Origin: Breznakia sp. PF5-3
GTDB lineage: Bacteria > Bacillota_I > Bacilli_A > Erysipelotrichales > Erysipelotrichaceae
Length of the DNA stretch: 32,000 nt
Direction of reading: 5' to 3'
Assembly (NCBI RefSeq): GCF_029504745.1
Contig: NZ_JAQFIQ010000005.1
Span: 1-32,000 of the forward strand
The translations under genes were made by a program, and so were the position numbers. How positions within the stretch are numbered: the stretch's first letter is position 1; the number at the start of each line of letters is the position of its first letter. Positions 7,077 to 15,703 of the stretch are shown one piece after another. A model generated the notes under the pieces. That model ran no database searches. It worked only from the letters and a program-made list of their open reading frames with translations, and was not told the origin of the DNA.

Positions 7077-8261
7077 CTAAATACTAATCTTATCTAATAT
7101 ATTATTTAAGTATGCTATGGTAACTCCATAGTTTGTAATCGGTACTCCATTTTGCTTAGCTTGTTGTAAACGCGATAATACATATTTCCGATTAAACATA
7201 CAAGCTCCACAATGAATAATCAAATCATAAGCTTTTAAATCTATAGGAAATTGGTTTCCACTAACTACATCAATCTGTAGCTTATCACCAACCTTATTGC
7301 GTAATAACTTAGGAATTTTCACTCTGCCGATATCTTCGCTAAGTGGTGCGTGAGTACAAGCTTCCGCTATCAATACTTTTGATGTTTCCTGTAGATTATC
7401 AATTGCTTGTGCACCTTCTATAAATGCATTTATATCCCCTTTATAAGCAGCAAACAAAATAGAAAAAGAGGTTAATTTACTAGCTTTGGGTTTTCTTTCA
7501 TAAACTTTTTTAAATACTTGTGAATCACAAATAATCAAAGCTGGATCTTTCGCTAAAGATTGTAGTGCTTCCTCCATCTTATCCATTGTACAACTTACAA
7601 CGATACTCTTTTTATCAAGCAAGTCACGAATGGTTTGTACTTGTGGTAAAATCAATCGTCCTTTTGGTGCTTGAATATCTTGAGGCATCACCAATAATAC
7701 AAGATCATCTTCTCTTACCAATGTCTTAGTAATGCTTTCCATTCCATAATCTTCAGGCAATAAGCGCAGAATTGCTTTACGAATCACTTCTACATTGTTT
7801 TCTCTCGCATTGATAACAAACAGATTCTCATGTACAAAAGATATTAGTTTTTCTTTGATTTTTTCTGGACTATTATCTTTTGTTTCATTGATTATGGTAA
7901 TAATTTTAATATTCAAATCTTTAAAATATTGATACCATTTTTTTCCTTCTTCAATATCTTCATCTGCAAATACAACGATTGCAATATCACTTTTTGCAGC
8001 TGCTAATTTTGTTTTTTCTAATCGCTTTTCCCCTAATTGGGTAGCATCTCCATAACCAGCGGTATCAATAAACACAACCGGTCCAATACCATATAATTCC
8101 ATGGGCTTATAAATAGGATCGGTAGTAGTACCTTCTTGATTAGAAACAATGGAAACTGCTTGTTTTGTAAGACCATTTAATAAGGTTGATTTCCCACTAT
8201 TCACTTTTCCAAAAATACCAATATGCAAGCGATTGGCATTGGGTGTACTTTGTAAACTCAT
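7077..8261 (-). CDS. hydF: [FeFe]-hydrogenase H-cluster maturation GTPase HydF
   Basis: 394 aa. P-loop GKVNSGKSTLLN and G3 DTAGYGD. C-terminal FeS-binding motif CTHAP ... HCGACM (CxH...HCxxC). Lies in an operon with hydE and hydG. Confidence 0.9.
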   Translation of the reverse strand: MSLQSTPNANRLHIGIFGKVNSGKSTLLNGLTKQAVSIVSNQEGTTTDPIYKPMELYGIGPVVFIDTAGYGDATQLGEKRLEKTKLAAAKSDIAIVVFADEDIEEGKKWYQYFKDLNIKIITIINETKDNSPEKIKEKLISFVHENLFVINARENNVEVIRKAILRLLPEDYGMESITKTLVREDDLVLLVMPQDIQAPKGRLILPQVQTIRDLLDKKSIVVSCTMDKMEEALQSLAKDPALIICDSQVFKKVYERKPKASKLTSFSILFAAYKGDINAFIEGAQAIDNLQETSKVLIAEACTHAPLSEDIGRVKIPKLLRNKVGDKLQIDVVSGNQFPIDLKAYDLIIHCGACMFNRKYVLSRLQQAKQNGVPITNYGVTIAYLNNILDKISI

Positions 8262-8269
8262 ACTATCAC

Positions 8270-9682
8270 CTAGAAACGGAAATCCCGTTTTCCATCATGC
8301 AACTTCTTCAAATATTCTTCTGCAATTGCTTTTACTTTCTCACTTTTAATATTTGGTATCTCTTTACGAATTACTGCTTCACCCAAAATGCGAGTAGCAT
8401 CACTTGCATAATCTTCTAGATATTCCTTCAATGTCATCAAGGCGTTTGGTTGACATATATTCGCAATTTGTCCTGACTTCACCAAAGACATAAAACGATC
8501 TCCTGTACGTCCTTCACGATAACATGCAGTACAAAAACTTGGTATATAACCTAAGGACAACAACCAATGAACAACCTCGTCAAGCGTCCTTGTATCGCTT
8601 ACATCAAATTGTGAACTATTTTCTTCTTCTTTCTCTGCATATCCTCCAACACTAGTTGAAGAACCGCCACTAATTTGAGATATTCCCAATTTCAACACAC
8701 GTTCTCTTGATTTTTGTGTTTCTCTAGTGGAAATAATCATTCCTGTATAAGGGACAGCAATTCGAATAACGGCTGTAATCTTCGCAAAAATATCATCACT
8801 AATTGCATCTTCAAAATCTTCTGGATCAATATCGTCTGCTGCCCGAATTCGAGGTACACTTATCGTGTGTGGTCCCACACCATGTACCGCCTCTAAATGC
8901 TCCGCATGCATCAACAAGCCAACAAAATCATAACGATACATATTAAGTCCAAAAAGAACTCCAATTCCTACATCATCAATCCCAGCATCCATTGCACGAT
9001 CCATCGCTTCTGTATGGTAAGCATAATCATGCTTTGGTCCAGTTGGATGTAACATTTCATAATTTTCTTTATGATATGTTTCTTGGAATAGAATATACGT
9101 CCCAATCCCTGCATCTTTTAATTTCTTATAATTTTCTACTGTCGTAGCAGCAATATTTACATTCACTCTACGAATTGCTCCATTTTTATGTTGAATCGAA
9201 TAAATGGTTTTAATACTATCAAGAACGTATTCAATTGGTGACTCAATAGGATCCTCTCCTGTTTCTAATGCTAAACGTTTATGACCCATATCTTGTAATG
9301 CAATTACTTCTTTTCGTATTTCTTCTTGGGTCAACTTCTTTCTAGCAATCGTTTTATTCTTATAGTGATATGGACAATATACACAACCATTTACACAATA
9401 ATTAGACAAATACAATGGCGCAAACATCACAATTCGATTTCCATAAAATTTTTCTTTTATCTCCATTGCCAATTCTTCAATTTGTTTGTTTTCTTCTTCT
9501 AAATCACACTCTAAAAGAACCGCTGCCTCTTTATAAGAAAGCCCTTTACATTCCTTTGCCTTATTTAAAATCTCATTGATTAATTGCTTATTTGATTTAT
9601 TTTCTTGAGCATATGCTAGGGTTGCCAAGATTTCTTTATCATCAATAAATTCTGTTGCTTTTCTAGATCCTTTGTTATACAT
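8270..9682 (-). CDS. hydG: Radical SAM tyrosine lyase HydG ([FeFe]-hydrogenase maturase)
   Basis: Track ORF 8270..9730. Radical SAM motif CVNGCVYCPY. C-terminal auxiliary cluster motif CTAC-x22-C (FCTACYREGRTGDRF...NIC). Start trimmed to the ATG at 9682 (MYNKGSRK), preceded by AAGGAGAG, giving an 8-nt overlap with the hydE stop. Confidence 0.9.
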   Translation of the reverse strand: MYNKGSRKATEFIDDKEILATLAYAQENKSNKQLINEILNKAKECKGLSYKEAAVLLECDLEEENKQIEELAMEIKEKFYGNRIVMFAPLYLSNYCVNGCVYCPYHYKNKTIARKKLTQEEIRKEVIALQDMGHKRLALETGEDPIESPIEYVLDSIKTIYSIQHKNGAIRRVNVNIAATTVENYKKLKDAGIGTYILFQETYHKENYEMLHPTGPKHDYAYHTEAMDRAMDAGIDDVGIGVLFGLNMYRYDFVGLLMHAEHLEAVHGVGPHTISVPRIRAADDIDPEDFEDAISDDIFAKITAVIRIAVPYTGMIISTRETQKSRERVLKLGISQISGGSSTSVGGYAEKEEENSSQFDVSDTRTLDEVVHWLLSLGYIPSFCTACYREGRTGDRFMSLVKSGQIANICQPNALMTLKEYLEDYASDATRILGEAVIRKEIPNIKSEKVKAIAEEYLKKLHDGKRDFRF

Positions 9683-10721
9683 CTTTCTCTCCTTTAAAAT
9701 CTCCTCTATCATAGCTAATTGTATAGCCAATTTTTTCTAATCGTTTGTTTAAACTATCCAAGGATTCCGCTGCTTCATCATCCATGCAAGCTTTATCATT
9801 GTATAATTGATATTTTTTACGCATCGTAAGTGGTGATAAATTCGGCATCACCACATTTGCACCAGCTAAAATTCCTTGATCACGTCCTGTTGGATCAATC
9901 GTTGCCAATGCCGTAGTGGAAGGAATCAATGCTTGAGGGTGCATTAAACGCATAATCGCTAATAAAATTAACGTTGTATCCATACTCCCCTTTGCTTCTT
10001 CTTTAAACGGTGTATCCTCATGTGGTAAATATGGTCCGATTCCTATCATTTCAGGTGATAATTCCTCTAAAAACTTGATATCTTCAATCAAATTTTGGGT
10101 AGTTTGTTTAGGAGAACCAACCATGATACCACTACCTGTTTGAAAGCCTATTTCCTTTAAATCTTTTAGACACTGTACTCGTGTTTGAATATGCATCCCT
10201 TCTGGATGTAAAGATGCATAATGCTTTTCATTGATGGATTCATGTCGTAATAAATACCGATTCGCTCCTGCATGAAAATATTGCTCATACGTATGCTTAT
10301 CCTTTTCTCCCATACTTAACGTAATTGCACAATCTGGATACTTATCACGAATTGTACGGATGATATCACTCATCTCATTTACACGATAGCTATCATCTTC
10401 TCCCGATTGTAAGACAAATGTTCTAAAACCTAATTGATATCCTGTTTGACAACATTCTAATACATCTTCTTTATTTAAACGATAGCGTTCAACCTTTTCA
10501 TTATCACGGCGTATCCCACAATAATAGCAATTGTTCTTACAATAGTTTGAGAACTCTATCAACCCACGAATAAAAACTTTATTACCAAAGTTTTCTTGAG
10601 CTACAGCTCTTGCTTGTTCAAACAAATATGCTTTTTCATTATCACTTAACTTCGTTAATAGATATTCATATTCATAATCTTCTAGATGTCGCTTGTTTCT
10701 TAATTTATCTATAAGTTTCAT
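9675..10721 (-). CDS. hydE: Radical SAM maturase HydE ([FeFe]-hydrogenase maturation)
   Basis: 348 aa. CX3CX2C motif CKNNCYYCGIRR. BioB-like fold signature and operon context with hydG and hydF. Confidence 0.88.
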   Translation of the reverse strand: MKLIDKLRNKRHLEDYEYEYLLTKLSDNEKAYLFEQARAVAQENFGNKVFIRGLIEFSNYCKNNCYYCGIRRDNEKVERYRLNKEDVLECCQTGYQLGFRTFVLQSGEDDSYRVNEMSDIIRTIRDKYPDCAITLSMGEKDKHTYEQYFHAGANRYLLRHESINEKHYASLHPEGMHIQTRVQCLKDLKEIGFQTGSGIMVGSPKQTTQNLIEDIKFLEELSPEMIGIGPYLPHEDTPFKEEAKGSMDTTLILLAIMRLMHPQALIPSTTALATIDPTGRDQGILAGANVVMPNLSPLTMRKKYQLYNDKACMDDEAAESLDSLNKRLEKIGYTISYDRGDFKGEKDV

Positions 10722-10728
10722 ACATTAC

Positions 10729-10974
10729 CTAAACATTCGCATATAATGTTTTTGATTTAATATGATCAAGCATTCCTAACTTTCCCGATAAGGCAGAAAT
10801 CACATCATTTGGTGCATCAATAATAATACTGATTACAGATATATTCCGCTTACGATAAGGAATTCCCATGCGTCCTACAATATATTCTCCATATGTATGT
10901 AATAATTGATTCATTGCTTCTACTGAACCACCCTTTTCAACGATGATTCCAATCTGTGCGATCCTTGTTTCCAT
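10729..10974 (-). CDS. TM1266-like small ACT/NikR-C-like protein ('putative iron-only hydrogenase system regulator' family)
   Basis: Track ORF 10729..11019. Start trimmed to the ATG at 10974 (METRIAQIGIIV), preceded by GGAGG. An 81-aa protein with IVGRMGIPYRKRNISVISIIIDAP ... LSGKLGML, and first gene of the hydE-G-F operon, matching the known family context. Family assignment is from memory of that family, not from a search. Confidence 0.7.
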   Translation of the reverse strand: METRIAQIGIIVEKGGSVEAMNQLLHTYGEYIVGRMGIPYRKRNISVISIIIDAPNDVISALSGKLGMLDHIKSKTLYANV

Positions 10975-10986
10975 ATAACCTCCAAT

Positions 10987-11058
10987 AAAAAAATCCTTGA
11001 CTACAAAAGACAAGGACAAAAAAGATTCCTCGCCTTAATACTTGGGACAGACCCTTGT
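10987..11058 (-). promoter_or_regulatory. Candidate cis-regulatory leader (attenuator or riboswitch-like) of the hyd maturation operon
   Basis: Minus strand: terminator-like hairpin tccttg-(11 nt)-caagga followed by 7 T (10987..11016), just before the RBS. The upstream segment acaaggg (11052..11058) can pair either with cccaagt (local hairpin acaaggg-tctgt-cccaagt) or with the 5' arm tccttgt of the terminator. No known riboswitch class recognised. Confidence 0.35.
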
Positions 11059-11083
11059 ACGCAGCACGATTTCTGTATTTTAT

Positions 11084-11112
11084 ATTGTACTCCTTTTTTC
11101 TAATTCTTACAA
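11084..11112 (-). promoter_or_regulatory. Probable promoter of the hyd maturation operon
   Basis: Minus strand reads TTGTAA (11107..11112), 17 nt spacer, TACAAT (11084..11089). This implies a 5' UTR of roughly 100 nt. Confidence 0.45.
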
Positions 11113-11210
11113 CCAACAAAGAAAATATGCTTTAAATTTTACTCTTTATAAAAATACAGTATAATGTAGATAAAGAAGAAAGAATACTTTCTTAGAGGAG
11201 GATGTATAGG

Positions 11211-11471
11211 ATGAAAAAACTATTAGGAATTAGTGTTGCCGTAATTGCTGCAAGTGGGATTGCAATTGCTGTTGCAGCAAAAATGGAAAAAGATAAAATC
11301 AAGCGCGAACTTCAAGAAAAGAAGCCCGACGAATTGATTAAAATTTTAAATGATGCCGCAACTGTTTTAGAATTAAAAGAAATTGCGGATATGGATGAAA
11401 GTACAAAAGAAAAATTTGAAAAAGCAAAAGCAACACTGATTGCAAAATCAGATAAAAAGGATAAAGAATAA
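11211..11471 (+). CDS. Small membrane-anchored, Lys/Glu-rich helical protein (hypothetical; loosely YtxH-like architecture)
   Basis: Track ORF 11202..11471. The ATG at 11211 (MKKLLGISVAVIAASGIAIAVAA) is better spaced from GAGGAGG (11195..11201). One N-terminal TM helix followed by a charged helical region. Has its own -10 TATAAT upstream and a strong terminator downstream. Confidence 0.6.
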   Translation: MKKLLGISVAVIAASGIAIAVAAKMEKDKIKRELQEKKPDELIKILNDAATVLELKEIADMDESTKEKFEKAKATLIAKSDKKDKE

Positions 11472-11496
11472 ACTATTTTGCTTGTATCAATAACAA

Positions 11497-11531
11497 AAAA
11501 CGAGGGCACTCATACTGAGTTTCCTCGTTTT
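11497..11531. terminator. Bidirectional intrinsic terminator (small + strand gene / ABC exporter operon)
   Basis: aaaacgagg-gc-actca-tac-tgagt-tt-cctcgtttt forms a long two-part stem flanked by an A-run and a T-run. Confidence 0.8.
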
Positions 11532-11534
11532 CTT

Positions 11535-13415
11535 TTATTCTAACTCCAAACCACCTGTATATAGTTGGTAGTATGTTCCATGCTCTTTTAATAAAGCATC
11601 ATGATCACCACGTTCAATAATTCTACCATGATCCATAACCATGATTACATTTGAATTCTTAATCGTTGATAAACGATGCGCTATAACAAATACGGTCCTG
11701 CCTTCCATCAATTTATCCATTCCTTCCTGTACAATCTTTTCTGTACGTGAATCAATGGATGATGTTGCTTCATCTAAAATCAACACTGGTGGATTGGCAA
11801 GGGCAGCCCTTGCAATCGATAGCAATTGTCGTTGTCCTTGTGAAAGTGAACTTCCATCACTCTTTAAAACAGTATGATATCCGTCTTCTAAATGTTGTAT
11901 AAATCCATGAGCATTGGCAAGCTTACTAGCAGCGATTACTTCTTCATCACTAGCATCTTCTTTCCCATAACGAATATTATCCATAATTGTTCCAGAAAAT
12001 AAATGTGTATCTTGCAATACTATTCCTAAAGAACTACGTAAATCATCTTTTTTAATTAATTTCACATCGATTCCATCATAGGTAATACTACCTTTTTGGA
12101 CATCATAGAAACGATTAATCAAATTTGTAATTGTTGTTTTCCCTGCACCGGTTGCACCAACAAATGCAATTTTTTGACCTGGTTGAGCATAAAGATTAAT
12201 ATCATGTAAAATGATTTTATCATCATTATAACCAAAGATAACATCATCAAAGCGTACATCTCCTGCCAATGGAACATAGCTTACTTCACCATTTTCACGA
12301 GGATGTTTCCACGCCCACTTTCCAGTTCGTTGTGCACTTTCCACCATCTTACCGTCTTCCATTATCGTTACATTACATAATGTGACCTTACCATCATCCA
12401 CTTCTACTGGTTCATCCATCAAAGCAAAGATACGCTCTGCACCAGCCAATGCCATAATTACAGCATTCAACTGTTGTGATATTTGAGTTACTGGCATGGT
12501 GAAGGAACGATTCAACTGTAAGAAAGACGCCAACCCTCCAAGGGTTAAGTTTCCAATTCCAGAAATTGCAAACACTCCCCCAAAAAGGGCCGTAAGCACA
12601 TAAGATATATTTCCTAAGTTTCCCATGATTGGCATCAAGATATTCGCATATTTATTCGCTTCATTTGCACTGTCAAACAGATCTTCATTAATCTTATCAA
12701 AAGCTTCTTTGGCAGCTGTTTCATGAGTAAATACTTTAATTACTTTCTGACCTTCAAACATTTCCTCAATATACCCATTCACACGTCCTAGATTCTTTTG
12801 TTGGGCATTGAAATATTTCGCACTTTGCCCTGCTATCCTCACTGTCACAAAGCGCATGATCACCACCATCACAATAACAATTGCGGTAAGTGGTAAACTA
12901 AGTACTAACATTGAAACAAAGACACTTACAACTGTAATTGCTGAAGAAATAAACTGTGGGATACTCTGTGATATCACCTGTCTTAAGGTATCTACATCAT
13001 TGGTGTATACAGACATGATATCCCCATGTGAATGCGTATCAAAATATTTAATTGGTAACTTTTCCATATGAGCAAACAATTCATCCCGAAGCTGCTTTAA
13101 ACTATTTTGGGTGATTTGGTTTAATAACCAAGAATAAATATAAGTAGCTAGTATTCCAGTTAAATAAATAACTCCCATGGTAAATAATGCATTCACCAAA
13201 CTACTAAATTCAGCATTTCCTTTCATGATTGGTAAAATATAATCATCAATCAAGCTTTTCAAAAACAAGGAACTTATTACTGAAACAATCGAACTGATGA
13301 AGATAAAAACTAAAACAAGAAATGAATATCCTTTTCGTACCGATATGATAAATTTAAGAATTCGCTTTAATGTTTTTACTCCATCATTTGGTTTTACTAC
13401 TTTATTTCTTGCCAT
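11535..13415 (-). CDS. ABC exporter subunit, fused permease/ATPase (heterodimeric multidrug-type, subunit B)
   Basis: Track ORF starts at GTG 13424. The ATG at 13415 lies 7 nt after GGGAGGT. Six-TM exporter domain, then Walker A GATGAGKTT, signature LSQGQRQLL and Walker B LILDEATSSID. The 14-nt overlap with the upstream subunit's stop suggests coupling. Confidence 0.9.
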   Translation of the reverse strand: MARNKVVKPNDGVKTLKRILKFIISVRKGYSFLVLVFIFISSIVSVISSLFLKSLIDDYILPIMKGNAEFSSLVNALFTMGVIYLTGILATYIYSWLLNQITQNSLKQLRDELFAHMEKLPIKYFDTHSHGDIMSVYTNDVDTLRQVISQSIPQFISSAITVVSVFVSMLVLSLPLTAIVIVMVVIMRFVTVRIAGQSAKYFNAQQKNLGRVNGYIEEMFEGQKVIKVFTHETAAKEAFDKINEDLFDSANEANKYANILMPIMGNLGNISYVLTALFGGVFAISGIGNLTLGGLASFLQLNRSFTMPVTQISQQLNAVIMALAGAERIFALMDEPVEVDDGKVTLCNVTIMEDGKMVESAQRTGKWAWKHPRENGEVSYVPLAGDVRFDDVIFGYNDDKIILHDINLYAQPGQKIAFVGATGAGKTTITNLINRFYDVQKGSITYDGIDVKLIKKDDLRSSLGIVLQDTHLFSGTIMDNIRYGKEDASDEEVIAASKLANAHGFIQHLEDGYHTVLKSDGSSLSQGQRQLLSIARAALANPPVLILDEATSSIDSRTEKIVQEGMDKLMEGRTVFVIAHRLSTIKNSNVIMVMDHGRIIERGDHDALLKEHGTYYQLYTGGLELE

Positions 13416-15141
13416 TATCTTCACCTCCCTTTACTTGTGTTTCATAAACATCTTGGTAAATAGGATTCGTCTTTAATAATGCTTCATGTGTTCCAATCCC
13501 ATTGATTTTTCCATCTTCTAAAACAACGATACGATCAGCATCTTCAATGGAAGAAATACGTTGTGAAATAATCAATTTTGTCGTATCTTTTAGCTTTGTT
13601 TGAAAAGCTTCACGAATAAGATAATCGGTTCTTGTATCAACCGCACTTGTAGAGTCATCTAAGATCAAAATCTTAGGCTTTCTAAGCAATGCACGGGCAA
13701 TACATAAACGTTGTTTCTGACCACCAGAAACATTGCTACCACCCTGTTCAATATAGGTATCATACCCTTGGGGAAACTTACGAATAAAATCATCCGCTTG
13801 TGCTAACTTACATGCTTCCACAAGCTCTTCATCACTGGCATTACTATTACCCCAACGAAGGTTTTCTTTAATTGTACCTGAGAATAATACATTCTTTTGT
13901 AATACCATCGATACTTCTTCACGTAAAACATTTAAGTCATATTTCGCAACACTTACTCCACCAACACATAACTCCCCACTTTCAATGTCATACAATCTAG
14001 GAATCAATTGAACAAGTGTTGTTTTACTACTTCCCGTTCCTCCTATAATACCAATGGTTTCTCCACTTTTGATATGTAAATCAATATCACGAAGACTGTA
14101 ATTTTCGTTATCTTTTCCATAAGTGAAATTTACATGATGAAAATCAATTGAACCATCCTTCACTTCCATAACTGGGTTTTCAGGATTCAATAAATCTGAT
14201 TTTTCTTCCAACACTTCACTAATTCTTCTTACGGATGCAAAAGACATTGATAACATTACAAAAATCATTGCAAGCATCATCAAAGACATCAAGATGTTCA
14301 TTGTATATGTAAACATACTCATCAATTGTCCCGTCATTAAATTGCCATCCACAATCATATTTGCACCCAACCATGAAAGCGCAATAATACAACCATACAT
14401 TGCCAATTGCATGGCTGGCATATTAAACAATAGAATGTTTTCTGCTTTTCGAAATAGTTTAAACAATGCATAAGAAGCGCGATTGAATTTTTTTGTTTCT
14501 GCTTCTTCCTTTACATATGCTTTAACCACTCTCATATTCGTAATGTTTTCTTGAATACTAGCATTTAAATCATCATACTTTGTAAATGCTTTTAAATAGA
14601 TAGGATATGATAAATATACAATTACTGCTAAGACAATTCCTAAAAATACGATTGCATATAAAAAGGTTGATGCTAAAGATGCATTAATATAAAAAGTCAT
14701 TCCCATTGCACATATCAATATTAATGGTGCCCGCACACATAGACGTAAAACCATTTGATATGCATTTTGGACATTTGTTACATCCGTCATCATTCTTGTT
14801 ACCAATCCAGCAGTCGAATACTTATCGATATTTTGAAATGAAAAATCTTGAATATTATTAAACATTGCCTTTCGCAAATTTTTCGCAAATCCTGCTGATG
14901 CATATGCTGCATACTTCCCAGACAATGCACCAAACAAAAGCGATGCAAAGGCTGCAAGACTCATCATCACACCATAAAAAATAACACTATTCATATCTCC
15001 CTTATTGACCCCTTCATCAATAATAAAAGCCATTAAAAAAGGCAATAAGATTTCTAACACAACTTCTCCAACCATAAACGTAGGAGCTAAAATCGATGCC
15101 ATCTTATATTCTTTTACTTCTTTTAAGATCCTTTTTATCAT
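13402..15141 (-). CDS. ABC exporter subunit, fused permease/ATPase (heterodimeric multidrug-type, subunit A)
   Basis: 579 aa. Walker A GGTGSSKTT, signature VSGGQKQRL, Walker B ILILDDSTSAVD. AAGGAGG RBS directly upstream of the ATG at 15141. Overlaps the marR-family gene's 3' end by 38 nt. Confidence 0.9.
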   Translation of the reverse strand: MIKRILKEVKEYKMASILAPTFMVGEVVLEILLPFLMAFIIDEGVNKGDMNSVIFYGVMMSLAAFASLLFGALSGKYAAYASAGFAKNLRKAMFNNIQDFSFQNIDKYSTAGLVTRMMTDVTNVQNAYQMVLRLCVRAPLILICAMGMTFYINASLASTFLYAIVFLGIVLAVIVYLSYPIYLKAFTKYDDLNASIQENITNMRVVKAYVKEEAETKKFNRASYALFKLFRKAENILLFNMPAMQLAMYGCIIALSWLGANMIVDGNLMTGQLMSMFTYTMNILMSLMMLAMIFVMLSMSFASVRRISEVLEEKSDLLNPENPVMEVKDGSIDFHHVNFTYGKDNENYSLRDIDLHIKSGETIGIIGGTGSSKTTLVQLIPRLYDIESGELCVGGVSVAKYDLNVLREEVSMVLQKNVLFSGTIKENLRWGNSNASDEELVEACKLAQADDFIRKFPQGYDTYIEQGGSNVSGGQKQRLCIARALLRKPKILILDDSTSAVDTRTDYLIREAFQTKLKDTTKLIISQRISSIEDADRIVVLEDGKINGIGTHEALLKTNPIYQDVYETQVKGGEDNGKK

Positions 15142-15595
15142 AAACTTCCTCCTTTGTTTTCCCTTGTCTACTGCTCACTAATAATTTGTTCAACAACTCA
15201 AACAAGGTATCTTTTTCCCTTTCACTCAGATCAACTAGCAACGTTTCATCCATTTCATCAAATTTATTTCTGAGTTCTTCTTCAAAGCCTGCTACCGTAT
15301 CATTCAACCGTATATATCTGATTCTTGCATCTTCTTTTGATGCAACACGGCGGATCAGCTGTTTTGCTTCTAAACGATTTAAAATACCAGTGAGTGTCGG
15401 ATTAGAAATGTTCATATGATCCTCTATATTTCTTTGGTTCACCAACACATTTTCCTTTTCTTTACGAATCAAATAGCGCAACACTCGTACTTGACTCATC
15501 GTCAAACCATACGAACGCAACATATTGTTTATTTTATGCTCATGTATCGTATTTAACTGTTTAATAAGCAACCCAATTTTTCGTTCTTCTTTCAT
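15104..15595 (-). CDS. MarR-family transcriptional regulator
   Basis: 163 aa. Winged-helix region LTMSQVRVLRYL ... ISNPTLTGILNRLEAKQLIRRV. First gene of the operon with the two ABC exporter subunits. Confidence 0.88.
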   Translation of the reverse strand: MKEERKIGLLIKQLNTIHEHKINNMLRSYGLTMSQVRVLRYLIRKEKENVLVNQRNIEDHMNISNPTLTGILNRLEAKQLIRRVASKEDARIRYIRLNDTVAGFEEELRNKFDEMDETLLVDLSEREKDTLFELLNKLLVSSRQGKTKEEVYDKKDLKRSKRI

Positions 15596-15630
15596 CGTTA
15601 CCTCACTTTATATATAGCACGCTATGTATT

Positions 15631-15659
15631 AGTATATGCTTTTGCATATATAATGTCAA
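15631..15659 (-). promoter_or_regulatory. Promoter of the marR-ABC operon with an embedded palindromic operator
   Basis: Minus strand reads TTGACA (15654..15659), 17 nt spacer, TATACT (15631..15636). A perfect inverted repeat TATATGC-TTTT-GCATATA (15633..15650) fills the spacer and overlaps the -10. Confidence 0.6.
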
Positions 15660-15674
15660 CCACAATAAATGATT

Positions 15675-15703
15675 AAAAAAAATGATGATTATCATCATTT
15701 TTA
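15675..15703 (-). terminator. AT-rich intrinsic terminator after the flavoprotein gene
   Basis: aaaaaaaatgatg-attat-catcattttt is a hairpin overlapping the stop codon (15701..15703), followed on the minus strand by a T-run. Confidence 0.5.

Noticed and set aside
2438-10721. Idea that the Cys-rich peptide plus nearby radical SAM enzymes form a RiPP (sactipeptide/ranthipeptide-like) cluster
   Set aside because: The two radical SAM proteins carry the specific HydE and HydG hallmarks and sit in a separate operon with hydF about 5 kb away. The Cys-rich protein has a Sec signal peptide rather than a leader peptide. No RiPP transporter, peptidase or recognition-element gene is present.
10937-11119. 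60-aa minus-strand ORF in the hyd leader region
   Set aside because: It has no RBS, an Arg/Lys-rich nonsense-like sequence, and it spans the predicted promoter and leader hairpins. It is better explained as a non-coding 5' region.
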